Origin: Candidatus Bipolaricaulota bacterium
GTDB taxonomy: Bacteria > Bipolaricaulota > Bipolaricaulia > M55B111
Direction: 5' to 3'
NCBI GenBank assembly: GCA_018334915.1
Contig: JAGXLB010000001.1
Location: forward strand, 11,017 to 75,016
DNA length: 64,000 nucleotides
Notes under the pieces: model-generated
Seen by the model: the letters and a program-made list of their open reading frames with translations, nothing else
Databases searched by the model: none
What the model was told of the DNA's origin: nothing
Program-made: the position numbers and the translations under genes
In this document: positions 49,757 through 59,801 of the stretch, in pieces
Layout: each line of letters opens with the position of its first letter
Position numbering within the stretch: the stretch's first letter is position 1

Positions 49757-50065
49757 ATGGCGAGAGAAAAAATAAGAATTAAGCTCAAAGGATATGACCA
49801 CGAGTTGGTCGACAGGTCGGTTGAGAAGATAGTTAAGACTGCGGAGGAAACCAGAGCAAAGATTTCCGGTCCGGTCCCTCTTCCAACCGAAAGAAAGCTG
49901 TATACTGTTCTACGATCACCCCATGTGAATAAGACTTCAATGGAGCACTTTGAGCGACGGATACATAACCGGTTGATCGATATACAGGAACCGACCTCGG
50001 AGACTATAAATGCGCTGATGGATATAGAATTGCCGACCGGAATCGACGTCGAAATAAAACTGTAA
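49757..50065 (+). CDS. rpsJ: 30S ribosomal protein S10
   Basis: 102 aa; [14 protein letters not shown]...GPVPLPT. Confidence 0.97.
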   Translation: MAREKIRIKLKGYDHELVDRSVEKIVKTAEETRAKISGPVPLPTERKLYTVLRSPHVNKTSMEHFERRIHNRLIDIQEPTSETINALMDIELPTGIDVEIKL

Positions 50066-50104
50066 TAGCTTGATTGTTATCAGACTAACTGGGAGGTTCA
50101 TAAA

Positions 50105-50728
50105 ATGTTAGGGTTGTTAGGGGAAAAAGTTGGAATGACTCAATACTTTACGGAATCAGGTGCTTCTGTGGGAGCTACGGTAATAAAATCCGAGCCCGCG
50201 GTGGTTGTACAGGTAAAGTCCCTTGAAAGGGATGGTTATAACGGGATTCAACTTGGTTACAAGGATACAGAGAAGAGGAAATTGACCAAACCTATGAAGG
50301 GTCATTTTGATAAGCACGGAGTTCAGCCAAAAAAGTACTTGGTGGAGTATCGAGTGGATAATCCCGAGGATTACGATTCGGGCGACGAGGTAACTGTGGA
50401 ACAATTTCAGTCAGGCGATACCGTTGATGTGACCGGTAACTCAAAAGGTAAAGGTTTTCAGGGCGTTGTGAAGCGCTGGGGTTTCTCGGGTGGACCGAAA
50501 ACTCACGGCTCGAGATTTCACAGAAAACCCGGTTCCATTGGTATGTGTGTCGAGCCCGGTAGAGTCTTAAAAGGTCAAAAGTTGCCCGGAAGGACGGGTA
50601 ACGAAACAGTTACGATTCAGAACTTGGAAGTGTTAAAAACCAGCCCGGAAGATGATCTTTTGGTTCTAAAGGGTTCAGTTCCGGGTCCTAGAGATAATTT
50701 AATTCAGATCAGGGGTAGCAATGATTAA
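50105..50728 (+). CDS. rplC: 50S ribosomal protein L3
   Basis: 207 aa; [11 protein letters not shown]... Confidence 0.97.
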   Translation: MLGLLGEKVGMTQYFTESGASVGATVIKSEPAVVVQVKSLERDGYNGIQLGYKDTEKRKLTKPMKGHFDKHGVQPKKYLVEYRVDNPEDYDSGDEVTVEQFQSGDTVDVTGNSKGKGFQGVVKRWGFSGGPKTHGSRFHRKPGSIGMCVEPGRVLKGQKLPGRTGNETVTIQNLEVLKTSPEDDLLVLKGSVPGPRDNLIQIRGSND

Positions 50729-51377
50729 GTTAGACGTTAGAGACGAAGAAGGCAACCTGAGTGAAGAGCTAGAGGTTCACGAGGAAATGCTGGGACTCGA
50801 TTTTCATAACGACCTCCTTTATCGAGCTGTAAAAGCTTACAGGGCAAATGGAAGGGCTGGTACCGCCAGTACCAAGGATAGATCAGAAGTCAAAAGTTCT
50901 AACAGAAAGCCCTGGCGTCAAAAAGGTACGGGAAGGGCCAGGCACGGGTCCAGAGCGTCTCCACTCTGGAGCGGTGGCGGTGTTATTTTTGGTCCCAAGC
51001 CGAAGGATCACGGGACAGATCTACCCAAGAAAATGAGACACAAGGCTATACGCAGCGCCCTTTCCACGCGATATTCCGAAGATAATCTGGTAGTAGTAGA
51101 AGAGCTTAAATTCAAAGAACCGAAGACTAAAAAAGCGTTGGCATTGCTGGAAGCTCTTGATTTGCCCAAGGATACTCTTATAATTTTCCTTCAGGAAGAA
51201 GATAGTTGGAAAATTAAAAAGTCCTTTAGCAATATTCCAGCTGCTAAATGCATCTCAGCTTCCCAGATTAATGCATATGAAATCTTAAATCATGAAGGGA
51301 TTTTAATAACTAGAGAATCCGTCGAGGAACTAAGCGAACTTTTACTGGATAGTAAATTTGAAAGGCAGGGGGTCTAA
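50721..51377 (+). CDS. rplD: 50S ribosomal protein L4
   Basis: 218 aa; [15 protein letters not shown]. Confidence 0.97.
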   Translation: MIKLDVRDEEGNLSEELEVHEEMLGLDFHNDLLYRAVKAYRANGRAGTASTKDRSEVKSSNRKPWRQKGTGRARHGSRASPLWSGGGVIFGPKPKDHGTDLPKKMRHKAIRSALSTRYSEDNLVVVEELKFKEPKTKKALALLEALDLPKDTLIIFLQEEDSWKIKKSFSNIPAAKCISASQINAYEILNHEGILITRESVEELSELLLDSKFERQGV

Positions 51378-51671
51378 ATGGAATTAACCACGGAAGATAT
51401 CGTTGTAGAACCGGTAGTGACTGAAAATTCATGGCGACTCCAGGAGGAAAGTAATAAGTACGTCTTCCGGGTCCACCCTGACGCCAATAAAGTGATGATC
51501 CGTAATGCAGTAGAGGAATTGTTTAACGTTGAAGTTAACGACGTAAATACTATGAACCTCCAAGGAAAGCCCAAAAGAGAGCAACTAAATCAGGAAAAGG
51601 GTAAGACTAGTGCCTGGAAGAAGGCCTACGTTAGGCTTGCCGAAGGGGATAGGATTGACATATTTGGATAG
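51378..51671 (+). CDS. rplW: 50S ribosomal protein L23
   Basis: 97 aa; L23 fold; conserved position in the S10 operon. Confidence 0.95.
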   Translation: MELTTEDIVVEPVVTENSWRLQEESNKYVFRVHPDANKVMIRNAVEELFNVEVNDVNTMNLQGKPKREQLNQEKGKTSAWKKAYVRLAEGDRIDIFG

Positions 51672-51685
51672 GTTAAGGTGAAAAA

Positions 51686-52522
51686 ATGGGAATAAAAAGG
51701 TTTAAACCTGTAACGCCTTCAAGACGCCATTCCGAGTTGACGGACTTTGAAGAATTGACGACTGACGAACCCGAGGAATCCCTGCTCGAACCGCTGAAAA
51801 AATCTGGAGGGAGAAATAATCAGGGTAAAGAAACTGTTCGCGGACGTGGAGGCGGACACAAGAGGAAGTACAGGAAGATAGATTTCCAGCGGGACAAAGA
51901 GGGGATAAAGGGGAGAGTAATGAGTACCGAGTACGACCCGAACAGATCTGCCTGGATTACTTTATTGCTTTACTCCGACGGTGAACGGCGCTATATCATA
52001 TCCCCGTTGAAACTCCAGGTTGGAGATGTGGTTGAAGCAGGAGAGGAAGCCGAGATCAGGCCCGGAAATGCTCTACCTCTTAAGAAAATTCCAGCCGGGA
52101 AGCCGATTCATAATTTGGAGTTTTCTCCTGGTAGTGGAGGGAGGATAGCTAGATCGGCGGGAGTTGATGCGCGGATCGTAGCCAAGGATCCAGATAAAAT
52201 CGATGTAAAACTGCCTTCCGGTGAAATCAGGTCGTTTAATCCCGAGTGCACAGCCACGGTTGGTCAGGTAAGCAATCCGAGTCATAAGAACGTTAAGAGT
52301 GGCAAGGCCGGTCGTAGAAGACACATGGGGAGGAAGCCAAAAGTTAGAGGTACGGCCAAGAACGCCGTTGATCATCCTCACGGAGGAGGAGAAGGTCGAG
52401 CTCATGTAGGTAGGCCTCCGGTTTCTTCTACGGGTGTGCCTGCAAAGGGTGGCAAGACTAGAAAGGCGAAGGGAAGTGACGAAAAGATAATTAGACGAAG
52501 GACGAAGAAGAAGAGGGGGTAG
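51686..52522 (+). CDS. rplB: 50S ribosomal protein L2
   Basis: 278 aa; KPVTPSRR... and ...[11 protein letters not shown]. Confidence 0.97.
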   Translation: MGIKRFKPVTPSRRHSELTDFEELTTDEPEESLLEPLKKSGGRNNQGKETVRGRGGGHKRKYRKIDFQRDKEGIKGRVMSTEYDPNRSAWITLLLYSDGERRYIISPLKLQVGDVVEAGEEAEIRPGNALPLKKIPAGKPIHNLEFSPGSGGRIARSAGVDARIVAKDPDKIDVKLPSGEIRSFNPECTATVGQVSNPSHKNVKSGKAGRRRHMGRKPKVRGTAKNAVDHPHGGGEGRAHVGRPPVSSTGVPAKGGKTRKAKGSDEKIIRRRTKKKRG

Positions 52523-52524
52523 TC

Positions 52525-52812
52525 ATGCCAAGGTCAGTTAAGAAAGGACCATACGTAAAAGACAGCTTGGACGAGAAGGTTGATAAGGCGAAGAATGGCG
52601 AAATAGAAGAAATCAAGACATGGTCAAGGGATTCTACGATATTGCCCAAAATGGTTGGTCTGACGATAAAAGTTCACAACGGAAAGGACCATGTTCCAGT
52701 GGAGATATCTGAGAATATGGTTGGTCACAAACTTGGTGAGTTCGCTCGGACCAGAACGTTCAGAGAACACGGTGGCATCACGAAGAAAGAGCCAATTACT
52801 CCGGTAGGTTAG
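52525..52812 (+). CDS. rpsS: 30S ribosomal protein S19
   Basis: 95 aa; [11 protein letters not shown]...[19 protein letters not shown]. Confidence 0.97.
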   Translation: MPRSVKKGPYVKDSLDEKVDKAKNGEIEEIKTWSRDSTILPKMVGLTIKVHNGKDHVPVEISENMVGHKLGEFARTRTFREHGGITKKEPITPVG

Positions 52813-52813
52813 T

Positions 52814-53152
52814 ATGAAAGAAGCCAAAGCTATTACGAAAAACGTAAGAATTTCCCCGAAGAAAGCGCGGCCGGTTGCCGACGCCGTCCGGGGTAAATCG
52901 GTTGATGAAGCACTAAAAACGGTAAAGTTTTCCAAGAAGAAAGCCGCCCGGTTCCTGAAAGATACGCTGGAATCAGCGATTGCAAATGCTCAGCACAACC
53001 ACGATATGGCACTGGATAAGCTAAAGGTTAAGGAAGCCGCGGTTGACGAAGGGCAAACTATGAAACGGATGAAGCCAAGAGCTCAAGGTAGGGCTGATCT
53101 AATGCAAAGAAGGCAAAGCCATATTACAGTAATACTAGTGGAGGAAGAATAA
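52814..53152 (+). CDS. rplV: 50S ribosomal protein L22
   Basis: 112 aa; ...RISPKKARPVADAVRGKSVDEAL. Confidence 0.97.
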   Translation: MKEAKAITKNVRISPKKARPVADAVRGKSVDEALKTVKFSKKKAARFLKDTLESAIANAQHNHDMALDKLKVKEAAVDEGQTMKRMKPRAQGRADLMQRRQSHITVILVEEE

Positions 53153-53808
53153 TGGGTCAGAAAGTTAACCCGGTCGGTTTTCGAGTTGGCGTTAACAAAA
53201 AATGGCAATCCAATTGGTATAGCGACGAAAAGGCCCCCGAATACGTCGCCGAAGACCACGAAATTCGAGAGTTAATCGAGGAACGGTATCGAGGTGCAGG
53301 CATAGCGGAAGTAAGTATAGAAAGGCCGAGGGACGACCGCATTTCGATGATAATTGTTTCGGCTCGTCCGGGAATAATAATTGGTAAGGGTGGCAATGAG
53401 ATAAATAATTTCCAGGAGGAGCTAAGTGACAAAACGGGCAGGAACGTAAATATATCCGTTAAAGAGGCTAATGATCCTCACCTCCAGGCCCAGCTGATAG
53501 CTCAGGAAGTTGCATTTCAGATCGAGAACAGGATACCGCCCAGCAGGGCAATGAAAGAAGTAATATCTCGCTCGATGGACAAAGGAGCCAAGGGTGTAAA
53601 GGTAAAGTGCTCTGGAAGAATCGGAGGAGCAAACCTTGCGAGGTCGGTTTCCCAGGATGAAGGAAGAATACCGCTTCAGACGATAAGAGCAGATATAGAT
53701 TACGGATTCATCGAAGCCCGGACTAAATACGGACCGATCGGTGTCAAGGCTTGGGTTTTCCGAGAAGAATTATTGCCCGAGGGTGTACCCGAAGGGTTGA
53801 GTCTCTAA
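53152..53808 (+). CDS. rpsC: 30S ribosomal protein S3
   Basis: 218 aa; MGQKVNPVGFRVG... and a KH domain. Confidence 0.97.
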   Translation: MGQKVNPVGFRVGVNKKWQSNWYSDEKAPEYVAEDHEIRELIEERYRGAGIAEVSIERPRDDRISMIIVSARPGIIIGKGGNEINNFQEELSDKTGRNVNISVKEANDPHLQAQLIAQEVAFQIENRIPPSRAMKEVISRSMDKGAKGVKVKCSGRIGGANLARSVSQDEGRIPLQTIRADIDYGFIEARTKYGPIGVKAWVFREELLPEGVPEGLSL

Positions 53809-53824
53809 TTGAGGATGGTAACAA

Positions 53825-54253
53825 ATGGCATTATATCCAGCTGATACAAAACATAGAAAACAACAACGTGGCCGAACAAAAGGAAAAGCCAGCAGGGGCA
53901 ATAAGGTCTCTTTTGGTGAATACGGAATTCAGGCAGAGGATCCCGGTTGGTTGACTAGCAAGCAAATAGAAACGGCGAGGATGACCCTGGCACACGAAAC
54001 CCAGCGTGACTCAAAGATCTGGGTAAGAGTTTTTCCAGACAAACCCATAACCAAAACTCCCGCAGAAACTAGAATGGGTAAAGGAAAAGGAGAACCGGCA
54101 GAATGGGTCGCGGTCATCAGGCCGGGAAGAATTGTCTTCGAGTTCTCAGGCGTGGATACCAAAAAGGCCAAAAGATTACACCAGTTGGTTTCTTACAAGC
54201 TGCCGATAAAAACGAGGTTGAAAGAAAGAATAAAGCTGGGAGGAGAAAAATGA
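53825..54253 (+). CDS. rplP: 50S ribosomal protein L16
   Basis: 142 aa; KHRKQQRGR... Confidence 0.95.
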   Translation: MALYPADTKHRKQQRGRTKGKASRGNKVSFGEYGIQAEDPGWLTSKQIETARMTLAHETQRDSKIWVRVFPDKPITKTPAETRMGKGKGEPAEWVAVIRPGRIVFEFSGVDTKKAKRLHQLVSYKLPIKTRLKERIKLGGEK

Positions 54254-54450
54254 GGCCCGGGGAACTGAGGGAGATGACCTCCGAAGAACTGGACGAAAAG
54301 GTCGCCGAGTTGAAAGAAAAGTTGTTTAACTTGAGATTTCAGAAGGCGACTGGAGAACTGGACAATACTGCTGAAATCACGAAAACGAAAAAAGATATAG
54401 CTCGAGCGAAGACGATTCAAAGGGAAAGTGAGGGGGAAGAAGTGAAATGA
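54250..54450 (+). CDS. rpmC: 50S ribosomal protein L29
   Basis: 66 aa from the ATG at 54250 (MRPGELREMTSEELDEKVAELKEKLFNLRFQKATGEL...). The ORF-track entry 54103..54450 is an upstream in-frame extension. Overlaps the L16 stop by ATGA. Confidence 0.9.
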   Translation: MRPGELREMTSEELDEKVAELKEKLFNLRFQKATGELDNTAEITKTKKDIARAKTIQRESEGEEVK

Positions 54451-54698
54451 AAAAGACAAAGAAGGGAAGGGTAGTCAGTACTGCGATGGACAAGACTATT
54501 ACTGTGGCTGTGGATACCCAGAGGCGGCACCCGAGGTATAAGAAATACCTTAAGCAGCGATCAAAATTCTACGCTCACGACGAGACCGAGGAAGCTCAGG
54601 AAGGAGACCAGGTACTGATATCAGAGACCAGACCGATAAGCAAAAAGAAACGGTGGAAGCTGTCGGAAGTACTGGAAAGGTCGGGAGGGGAAGCGTGA
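54447..54698 (+). CDS. rpsQ: 30S ribosomal protein S17
   Basis: 83 aa; GRVVS..MDKTITV.V. Confidence 0.95.
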   Translation: MKKTKKGRVVSTAMDKTITVAVDTQRRHPRYKKYLKQRSKFYAHDETEEAQEGDQVLISETRPISKKKRWKLSEVLERSGGEA

Positions 54699-55063
54699 TC
54701 CACCAAGAGACGGAGTTAAAAGTAGCGGATAATTCGGGCGCGAAAAGGTTGAGGTGTATAAACGTTCTCGGTCAATCCAATAAGAACCAGGGAAAGATAG
54801 GCGATTTGATCACGGCTTCCGTCAAGAAACGGATACCCGATAGCGATCTTGAAAAGGGAGAAATAGTTCGTGCGGTTATAGTGAGGACCACGGGAAACTA
54901 TCGTAGAGAAGATGGGTCTTATATTAGGTTTGATGATAACGCCGCAGTGCTCGTTGATGACAGGATGGAACCGGTTGGTACCAGGATTTTTGGACCGGTA
55001 ACGAGAGAACTTAGAGAAGGTAATATGCTCCGTATTATATCCTTGGCGCCAGAGGTTCTATAG
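54695..55063 (+). CDS. rplN: 50S ribosomal protein L14
   Basis: GTG start at 54695 ([23 protein letters not shown]...). The ORF-track start at 54653 is an extension into S17; GTGA overlaps the S17 stop. Confidence 0.93.
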   Translation: MIHQETELKVADNSGAKRLRCINVLGQSNKNQGKIGDLITASVKKRIPDSDLEKGEIVRAVIVRTTGNYRREDGSYIRFDDNAAVLVDDRMEPVGTRIFGPVTRELREGNMLRIISLAPEVL

Positions 55064-55072
55064 GAGGTAAAT

Positions 55073-55384
55073 ATGAGGAAAGTCCAGAAAGGTGACAGGG
55101 TAAAGGTAATTGCAGGCAACGACAAGGGTAAAGAGGGAGAGGTGCTTAGTGTTGATCCGAAAAACAATAGAGTGGTAGTAGAAAACGTGAACTTTCGGTT
55201 GAAACACCAGGGCAGGACTCAGCAACAGAAGGAACCTGGAATAATTGAGCGCGAGGAGCCAATAGATATCTCGAACGTTATGCCTATATGTCCGTCATGT
55301 AATGAGCCAACTCGTATTGGGTTTGACGAAGTCGCCGGGGATAAGGTTAGGGTATGTAAGAAGTGCGAGGGGGTTCTGGAATAG
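55073..55384 (+). CDS. rplX: 50S ribosomal protein L24 (variant with C-terminal CxxC...CxxC zinc ribbon)
   Basis: 103 aa; KOW motif (KVQKGDRVKVIAGNDKGKEGEVL). The C-terminus reads PICPSCNEPTRIGFDEVAGDKVRVCKKCEGVLE where typical L24 has [32 protein letters not shown]. Confidence 0.93.
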   Translation: MRKVQKGDRVKVIAGNDKGKEGEVLSVDPKNNRVVVENVNFRLKHQGRTQQQKEPGIIEREEPIDISNVMPICPSCNEPTRIGFDEVAGDKVRVCKKCEGVLE

Positions 55385-55387
55385 GAA

Positions 55388-55918
55388 ATGCTTAAAGAAA
55401 AATATGAGGAAGAAGTAAGAGACAGATTGATGAATGAACTTGGTTACGATAATACCATGGAAGTACCCGAAATAGAGAAAGTCGTAGTTAATATGGGGAT
55501 TTCAGAGCATGAGGACCCAAGCATAATAGACGGAGCCCTGGAAAACCTGAAAAACATAACCGGGCAAAGTCCCGTAGTGACGCGGGCCCGAAAGTCTATT
55601 TCGGATTTTGATATCAGAAGGGGTATTCCTGTAGGCTGTAAGGTGACTCTGAGGGGTGAAAGAGCGTACGAGTTTCTGAACAAACTTTACAACGTAGCTC
55701 TGCCCAGCATTAGAGACTTTCGGGGTCTTTCTCCGGATTCGTTTGACGGACGGGGAAACTACAGTCTAGGAATGGACGAGCAGCTCGTGTTTCCAGAAAT
55801 AACTTTCGACGACGTTCGGCAGGTACAGGGGATGGATATAACAGTCGTTACTAGTGCCGAAACCGATAGAGAAGGGTACTATCTCCTTAAAGAACTTGGT
55901 TCCCCATTCAGAGAATAA
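55388..55918 (+). CDS. rplE: 50S ribosomal protein L5
   Basis: 176 aa; L5 signatures; conserved position in the spc operon. Confidence 0.97.
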   Translation: MLKEKYEEEVRDRLMNELGYDNTMEVPEIEKVVVNMGISEHEDPSIIDGALENLKNITGQSPVVTRARKSISDFDIRRGIPVGCKVTLRGERAYEFLNKLYNVALPSIRDFRGLSPDSFDGRGNYSLGMDEQLVFPEITFDDVRQVQGMDITVVTSAETDREGYYLLKELGSPFRE

Positions 55919-55930
55919 CTGGAGGTTGTT

Positions 55931-56116
55931 ATGGCTCGAAAAGCGTTGATTGAAAAAGCGAAAGAAGAGAAAAAGTACGATGTCAGGGACTATAACAGGT
56001 GTAATATTTGTGGACGTTCCAGGGGCTACATAAGGGATTTCGGGATATGTAGAGTATGTTTTCGAGAGTTAGCCCACAAGGGAGAGTTGCCGGGTGTTAA
56101 AAAAGCTAGCTGGTAA
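55931..56116 (+). CDS. rpsZ: 30S ribosomal protein S14 type Z (zinc-binding)
   Basis: 61 aa; [38 protein letters not shown] (C4). Confidence 0.95.
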   Translation: MARKALIEKAKEEKKYDVRDYNRCNICGRSRGYIRDFGICRVCFRELAHKGELPGVKKASW

Positions 56117-56138
56117 AGCAATACCGGGAGGAGCATAA

Positions 56139-56537
56139 ATGACAACGCAGGATCCAATAAGTGACATGATCGCGAGGATAAAAAATGCCAGTCGGATGGG
56201 GCACGAGGACGTTACCTTGCCCAGTTCGAACTTCAAGGAATCAGTTGCGGAAGTACTGGTTGAGGAAGGGTACGTTTCGAGATACGAGGTAGAGGAACTG
56301 TCTGGCAATAAAAAGGAGCTTGAGATAGGCCTCAGTTATAATGAAGGAGAACCGGTAATTGACGGTATGGAAAAGGTCAGTAAACCGTCCAGGCGTATTT
56401 ACGTTTCTCAGGAGGAAATTCCAAAGGTCCTGGGTGGACTGGGAACCGCAGTGCTAAGTACGTCGCGCGGTCTAATGACGGGTAAGGACGCCAGGGAGGA
56501 TAACGTTGGCGGGGAGCTGCTGTTTAAGGTCTGGTGA
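56139..56537 (+). CDS. rpsH: 30S ribosomal protein S8
   Basis: 132 aa; DPISDMIARIKNA... Confidence 0.97.
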   Translation: MTTQDPISDMIARIKNASRMGHEDVTLPSSNFKESVAEVLVEEGYVSRYEVEELSGNKKELEIGLSYNEGEPVIDGMEKVSKPSRRIYVSQEEIPKVLGGLGTAVLSTSRGLMTGKDAREDNVGGELLFKVW

Positions 56538-56547
56538 GGTGATTTAG

Positions 56548-57111
56548 ATGTCAAAAATTGGGAAGAGACCGATAGATATACCGGAAAACGTCGACCTGAG
56601 GGTCGAACCCGGGATGGTTACAGCGAAAGGTGAGAACGGAATAGAATTCACCCAGGAATACGACCCTGATTTTGTTACTGCTGAGATAAAAGATGACGAA
56701 CTTATAATGAGCCGGAAGGCGGACAAAAAGGAATATAAAGAAAAACACGGACTCTATCGTAGTTTGGTTGCAAACATGGTTGAAGGGCTGGTAAACCCGT
56801 TTGAAAAAACACTAGTTCTGGAGGGTCTCGGCTACCGAGTAAGGAAACAGGGGGGAAGTCTGGTTTTTGAGCTAGGTTACTCTCATCCGATTGAATATCC
56901 AATTCCCGAAAACATTGAGGCCGAGGTGGAGGACAACGATCAGGTCACAATAAAGGGACCAGAGAAGCAGGTAGTGGGTCAGGTGGCTGCGGATATAAAG
57001 AGCCTCCGTCCACCGGAGCCTTATAAAGGAAAAGGCATCAAGTATAAGGGCGAAGAAATAATCAGAAAAGAAGGTAAGCTTTCCGGCGGGGAAGAAGCAG
57101 AAATCGGATAG
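56548..57111 (+). CDS. rplF: 50S ribosomal protein L6
   Basis: 187 aa; SKIGKRPIDIPENV...; two L6 repeats. Confidence 0.97.
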   Translation: MSKIGKRPIDIPENVDLRVEPGMVTAKGENGIEFTQEYDPDFVTAEIKDDELIMSRKADKKEYKEKHGLYRSLVANMVEGLVNPFEKTLVLEGLGYRVRKQGGSLVFELGYSHPIEYPIPENIEAEVEDNDQVTIKGPEKQVVGQVAADIKSLRPPEPYKGKGIKYKGEEIIRKEGKLSGGEEAEIG

Positions 57112-57165
57112 CCTGAAAAGTTCTGGAAACAAACAGTCATGATCAGAATTTAGGAGGATACATTA

Positions 57166-57528
57166 GTGCCAAAAGTCGACAGAGAGAAAAGGAGAAAGAT
57201 AAGGCATAAACGTATCAGGAATAATATTAGAGGGACATCGAACAAGCCCAGGGTTTACGTAAAGAAATCTAATAGGCATATTTACGCTCAGGCAATAGAT
57301 GATATCCATAGCGAAACTATTGCTGCCACCTCATCTTTGAGTCCAGAAATTGAGGAAGAGGTTGATAATGCAACGATCGAAACCGCCAGGAAGGTGGGTT
57401 CTTTGATGGCCTCGGAACTACTGGAGAAAGGCTATGAAACGATAGTTTTCGATAGGGGAGGATACCCTTATCACGGGCAAGTTAAGGCACTGGCCGACCA
57501 GATGAGAGAGGAGGGACTTGACTTTTAA
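57166..57528 (+). CDS. rplR: 50S ribosomal protein L18
   Basis: 120 aa; ...PRVYVKKSNRHIYAQAIDD... and ...VFDRGGYPYHGQVKALAD. Confidence 0.95.
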   Translation: MPKVDREKRRKIRHKRIRNNIRGTSNKPRVYVKKSNRHIYAQAIDDIHSETIAATSSLSPEIEEEVDNATIETARKVGSLMASELLEKGYETIVFDRGGYPYHGQVKALADQMREEGLDF

Positions 57529-57530
57529 TT

Positions 57531-58040
57531 ATGGCAAGAAACGGTAGACGAGAAGATGATTTTGATGATAGCGTAATTGACATAAGCCGGGTTAGTAAAG
57601 TTACCAAGGGTGGAAGGAACCTTAGGTTTCGGGTTTTAGTTGCCGCGGGGAATTATGAAGGCAAGATTGGTGTGGGTTCAGGAAATACCGGTGAGATCCC
57701 TCAAGCCATTGGTCAGGCCGTAAGAGATGCGAAGAAGCACATAATAGACGTACCGATAGTGGATGGGACTATCCCACACGAAGTAGTTGGGGAATTCAAG
57801 GCAGGAAAAGTGGTACTAAAGCCAGCTTATAGAGGAACGGGAATAATTGCCGGCGACGTCGTGGGTACTATATGTCGACTTGCCGGGTTGGACAATATGT
57901 TGACCAAATCTCTTGGGACAAACAACCCTATGACCCTTGCAAAAGCTGTCATTGAGGGTTTCAGCAGGTTGAAGACCCCCGAAAGCGTGGCCAGAAAACG
58001 GGGTAAAGAGGTAGAAGATCTTGAGGAGGCCTTCCAATAA
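57531..58040 (+). CDS. rpsE: 30S ribosomal protein S5
   Basis: 169 aa; ...RVSKVTKGGRNLRFRVLVAAGNYEGKIGVG.G. Followed directly by L15; no L30 gene. Confidence 0.97.
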   Translation: MARNGRREDDFDDSVIDISRVSKVTKGGRNLRFRVLVAAGNYEGKIGVGSGNTGEIPQAIGQAVRDAKKHIIDVPIVDGTIPHEVVGEFKAGKVVLKPAYRGTGIIAGDVVGTICRLAGLDNMLTKSLGTNNPMTLAKAVIEGFSRLKTPESVARKRGKEVEDLEEAFQ

Positions 58041-58498
58041 TGAAGACATTAGATGATCTCAAACCTACGGAAGGTAGTAAACAGGAAAAGACACGCAGAG
58101 GCCGGGGCTACGGTTCCGGGACGGGAGGTCACGAATCCGGACGGGGAACGAAGGGCCAGAACGCCAGGAGTGGGGGTAAACCCAAAGTAGGTTTTGAGGG
58201 TGGGCAGACTCCGATATGGCGCAGGTTTCCTAAAGTAGGCTTTTCCAATCCAAATAAAAAGGAACTAGAGTGGATAAACGTCTATCAGCTGAATCGCTAC
58301 GAGGATGACGAGGTAGTAGACCCCGAGCGCCTCAAGAACGAGGGTCTTGTTGGAGATTTAAAAGACGGTTTAAAGGTTCTCGGAGATGGAGAACTTACAA
58401 AGAAATTAACCGTAAAGGCACATCAGTTCAGTGCGGGTGCAAAGGAAAAGATAGAAGACGCCGGTGGTAAGTGGGAATTGGTAGGTGACAAAGAGTGA
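58040..58498 (+). CDS. rplO: 50S ribosomal protein L15
   Basis: 152 aa; Gly-rich N-terminus (RRGRGYGSGTGGHESGRGTKGQ). Confidence 0.95.
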   Translation: MKTLDDLKPTEGSKQEKTRRGRGYGSGTGGHESGRGTKGQNARSGGKPKVGFEGGQTPIWRRFPKVGFSNPNKKELEWINVYQLNRYEDDEVVDPERLKNEGLVGDLKDGLKVLGDGELTKKLTVKAHQFSAGAKEKIEDAGGKWELVGDKE

Positions 58499-58504
58499 TA
58501 ATTC

Positions 58505-59800
58505 GTGCTTAACCAATTAGCCAGTATAGTAAAAATACCAGAGCTAAGAAAAAGGATTTTATTTACATTGGGGGCAATTGCGATATTCCGGGCCGGAACG
58601 CACATTCCGATACCGGGAATAAGCGTGGAGGCGCTGCAAAGACTATTCGAGCAGGGTGGAGGAAACATACTTCAGTACCTGAACATGTTTACGGGGGGTG
58701 CCCTTGGTCGAGGTACGTTATTTGGGCTGGGAATTACGCCTTACATAAATGCTTCCATTATTATGAGTCTTTTGACTGCGGTCGTGCCCAAATTAAAAGA
58801 ATTGCAACAGCAGGGACGGGAAGGAAAGAAAGTAATTACCAAATATACCAGGTACGGTACTCTTGCAATTGCTTTTATTCAGTCCTATGGGTGGAGCTAC
58901 TTCCTCGTTAGGCAGAAAATGGTTGAAGGTTCGGTTACAATGTTCTTCATAACTTCCGTCTTAGCTATGACCACGGGAACTGTTTTCCTTATGTGGCTTG
59001 GGGAAAGGATAACTGAAAACGGGATAGGAAATGGTATCTCCGTTTTAATTATGGCCGGTATTATGGCCAGGTTTCCAAGCCAGCTCTACAGTACCTGGGT
59101 TGAGGTAACTTACGGAAATGTTAGCCCGCTCTGGGGTCTGATTCTTATAGCTGTATTCATCGTGGTGATAGCGGGAGTAGTAATAGTTCAGCAGGGCAGG
59201 AGGAAAATAAGGATCCAGTACGCTAAGAGAACTGCTGGAAGGAAAGTTTACGGTGGACATACCAGCCATCTACCGATAAAGGTAAATCAAGGAGGAGTAA
59301 TCCCGATCATATTTGCCTCCGTTCTCCTTTCACTGCCAATGACCGTTGCCCAGTGGGCTCCGGGTCTCTCGTGGATGACAAGCTGGGTACAGCGCGGAAG
59401 TATTCCTTATTTGCTTGCCTACGTACTGTTGATCGTGTTCTTTACCTATTTTTACAGCTCAATAATATTTGATCCGAACGACGTCGCAAAAAACCTTAAG
59501 GAGTCTGGAGGATTTATACCCGGAGTTCGTCCAGGCCAGTCGACGGTTGAGTACATCCAATCGATACTAAATCGGTTGCTGCTGGTTGGAGCGCTGTTTC
59601 TTGGGTCGATTGCCGTGTTACCTTACGTGTTTACGGCTATCAGCGGATTGTCTTCGTTCTGGCTTGGAGGTACGTCAGTCCTAATTGTTGTCGGAGTCGG
59701 CCTTGATGTTTTAATGCAGATAGAGTCACACATGGTTATGCGACATTACGATAGCCTAACGGAAGCCGGCGGATCGGCAATACTGGGAAGGAGAAGCTGA
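58505..59800 (+). CDS. secY: Protein translocase subunit SecY
   Basis: 431 aa; ten TM segments; ...LGITPYINASIIMSLL. Confidence 0.97.
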   Translation: MLNQLASIVKIPELRKRILFTLGAIAIFRAGTHIPIPGISVEALQRLFEQGGGNILQYLNMFTGGALGRGTLFGLGITPYINASIIMSLLTAVVPKLKELQQQGREGKKVITKYTRYGTLAIAFIQSYGWSYFLVRQKMVEGSVTMFFITSVLAMTTGTVFLMWLGERITENGIGNGISVLIMAGIMARFPSQLYSTWVEVTYGNVSPLWGLILIAVFIVVIAGVVIVQQGRRKIRIQYAKRTAGRKVYGGHTSHLPIKVNQGGVIPIIFASVLLSLPMTVAQWAPGLSWMTSWVQRGSIPYLLAYVLLIVFFTYFYSSIIFDPNDVAKNLKESGGFIPGVRPGQSTVEYIQSILNRLLLVGALFLGSIAVLPYVFTAISGLSSFWLGGTSVLIVVGVGLDVLMQIESHMVMRHYDSLTEAGGSAILGRRS

Positions 59801-59801
59801 A

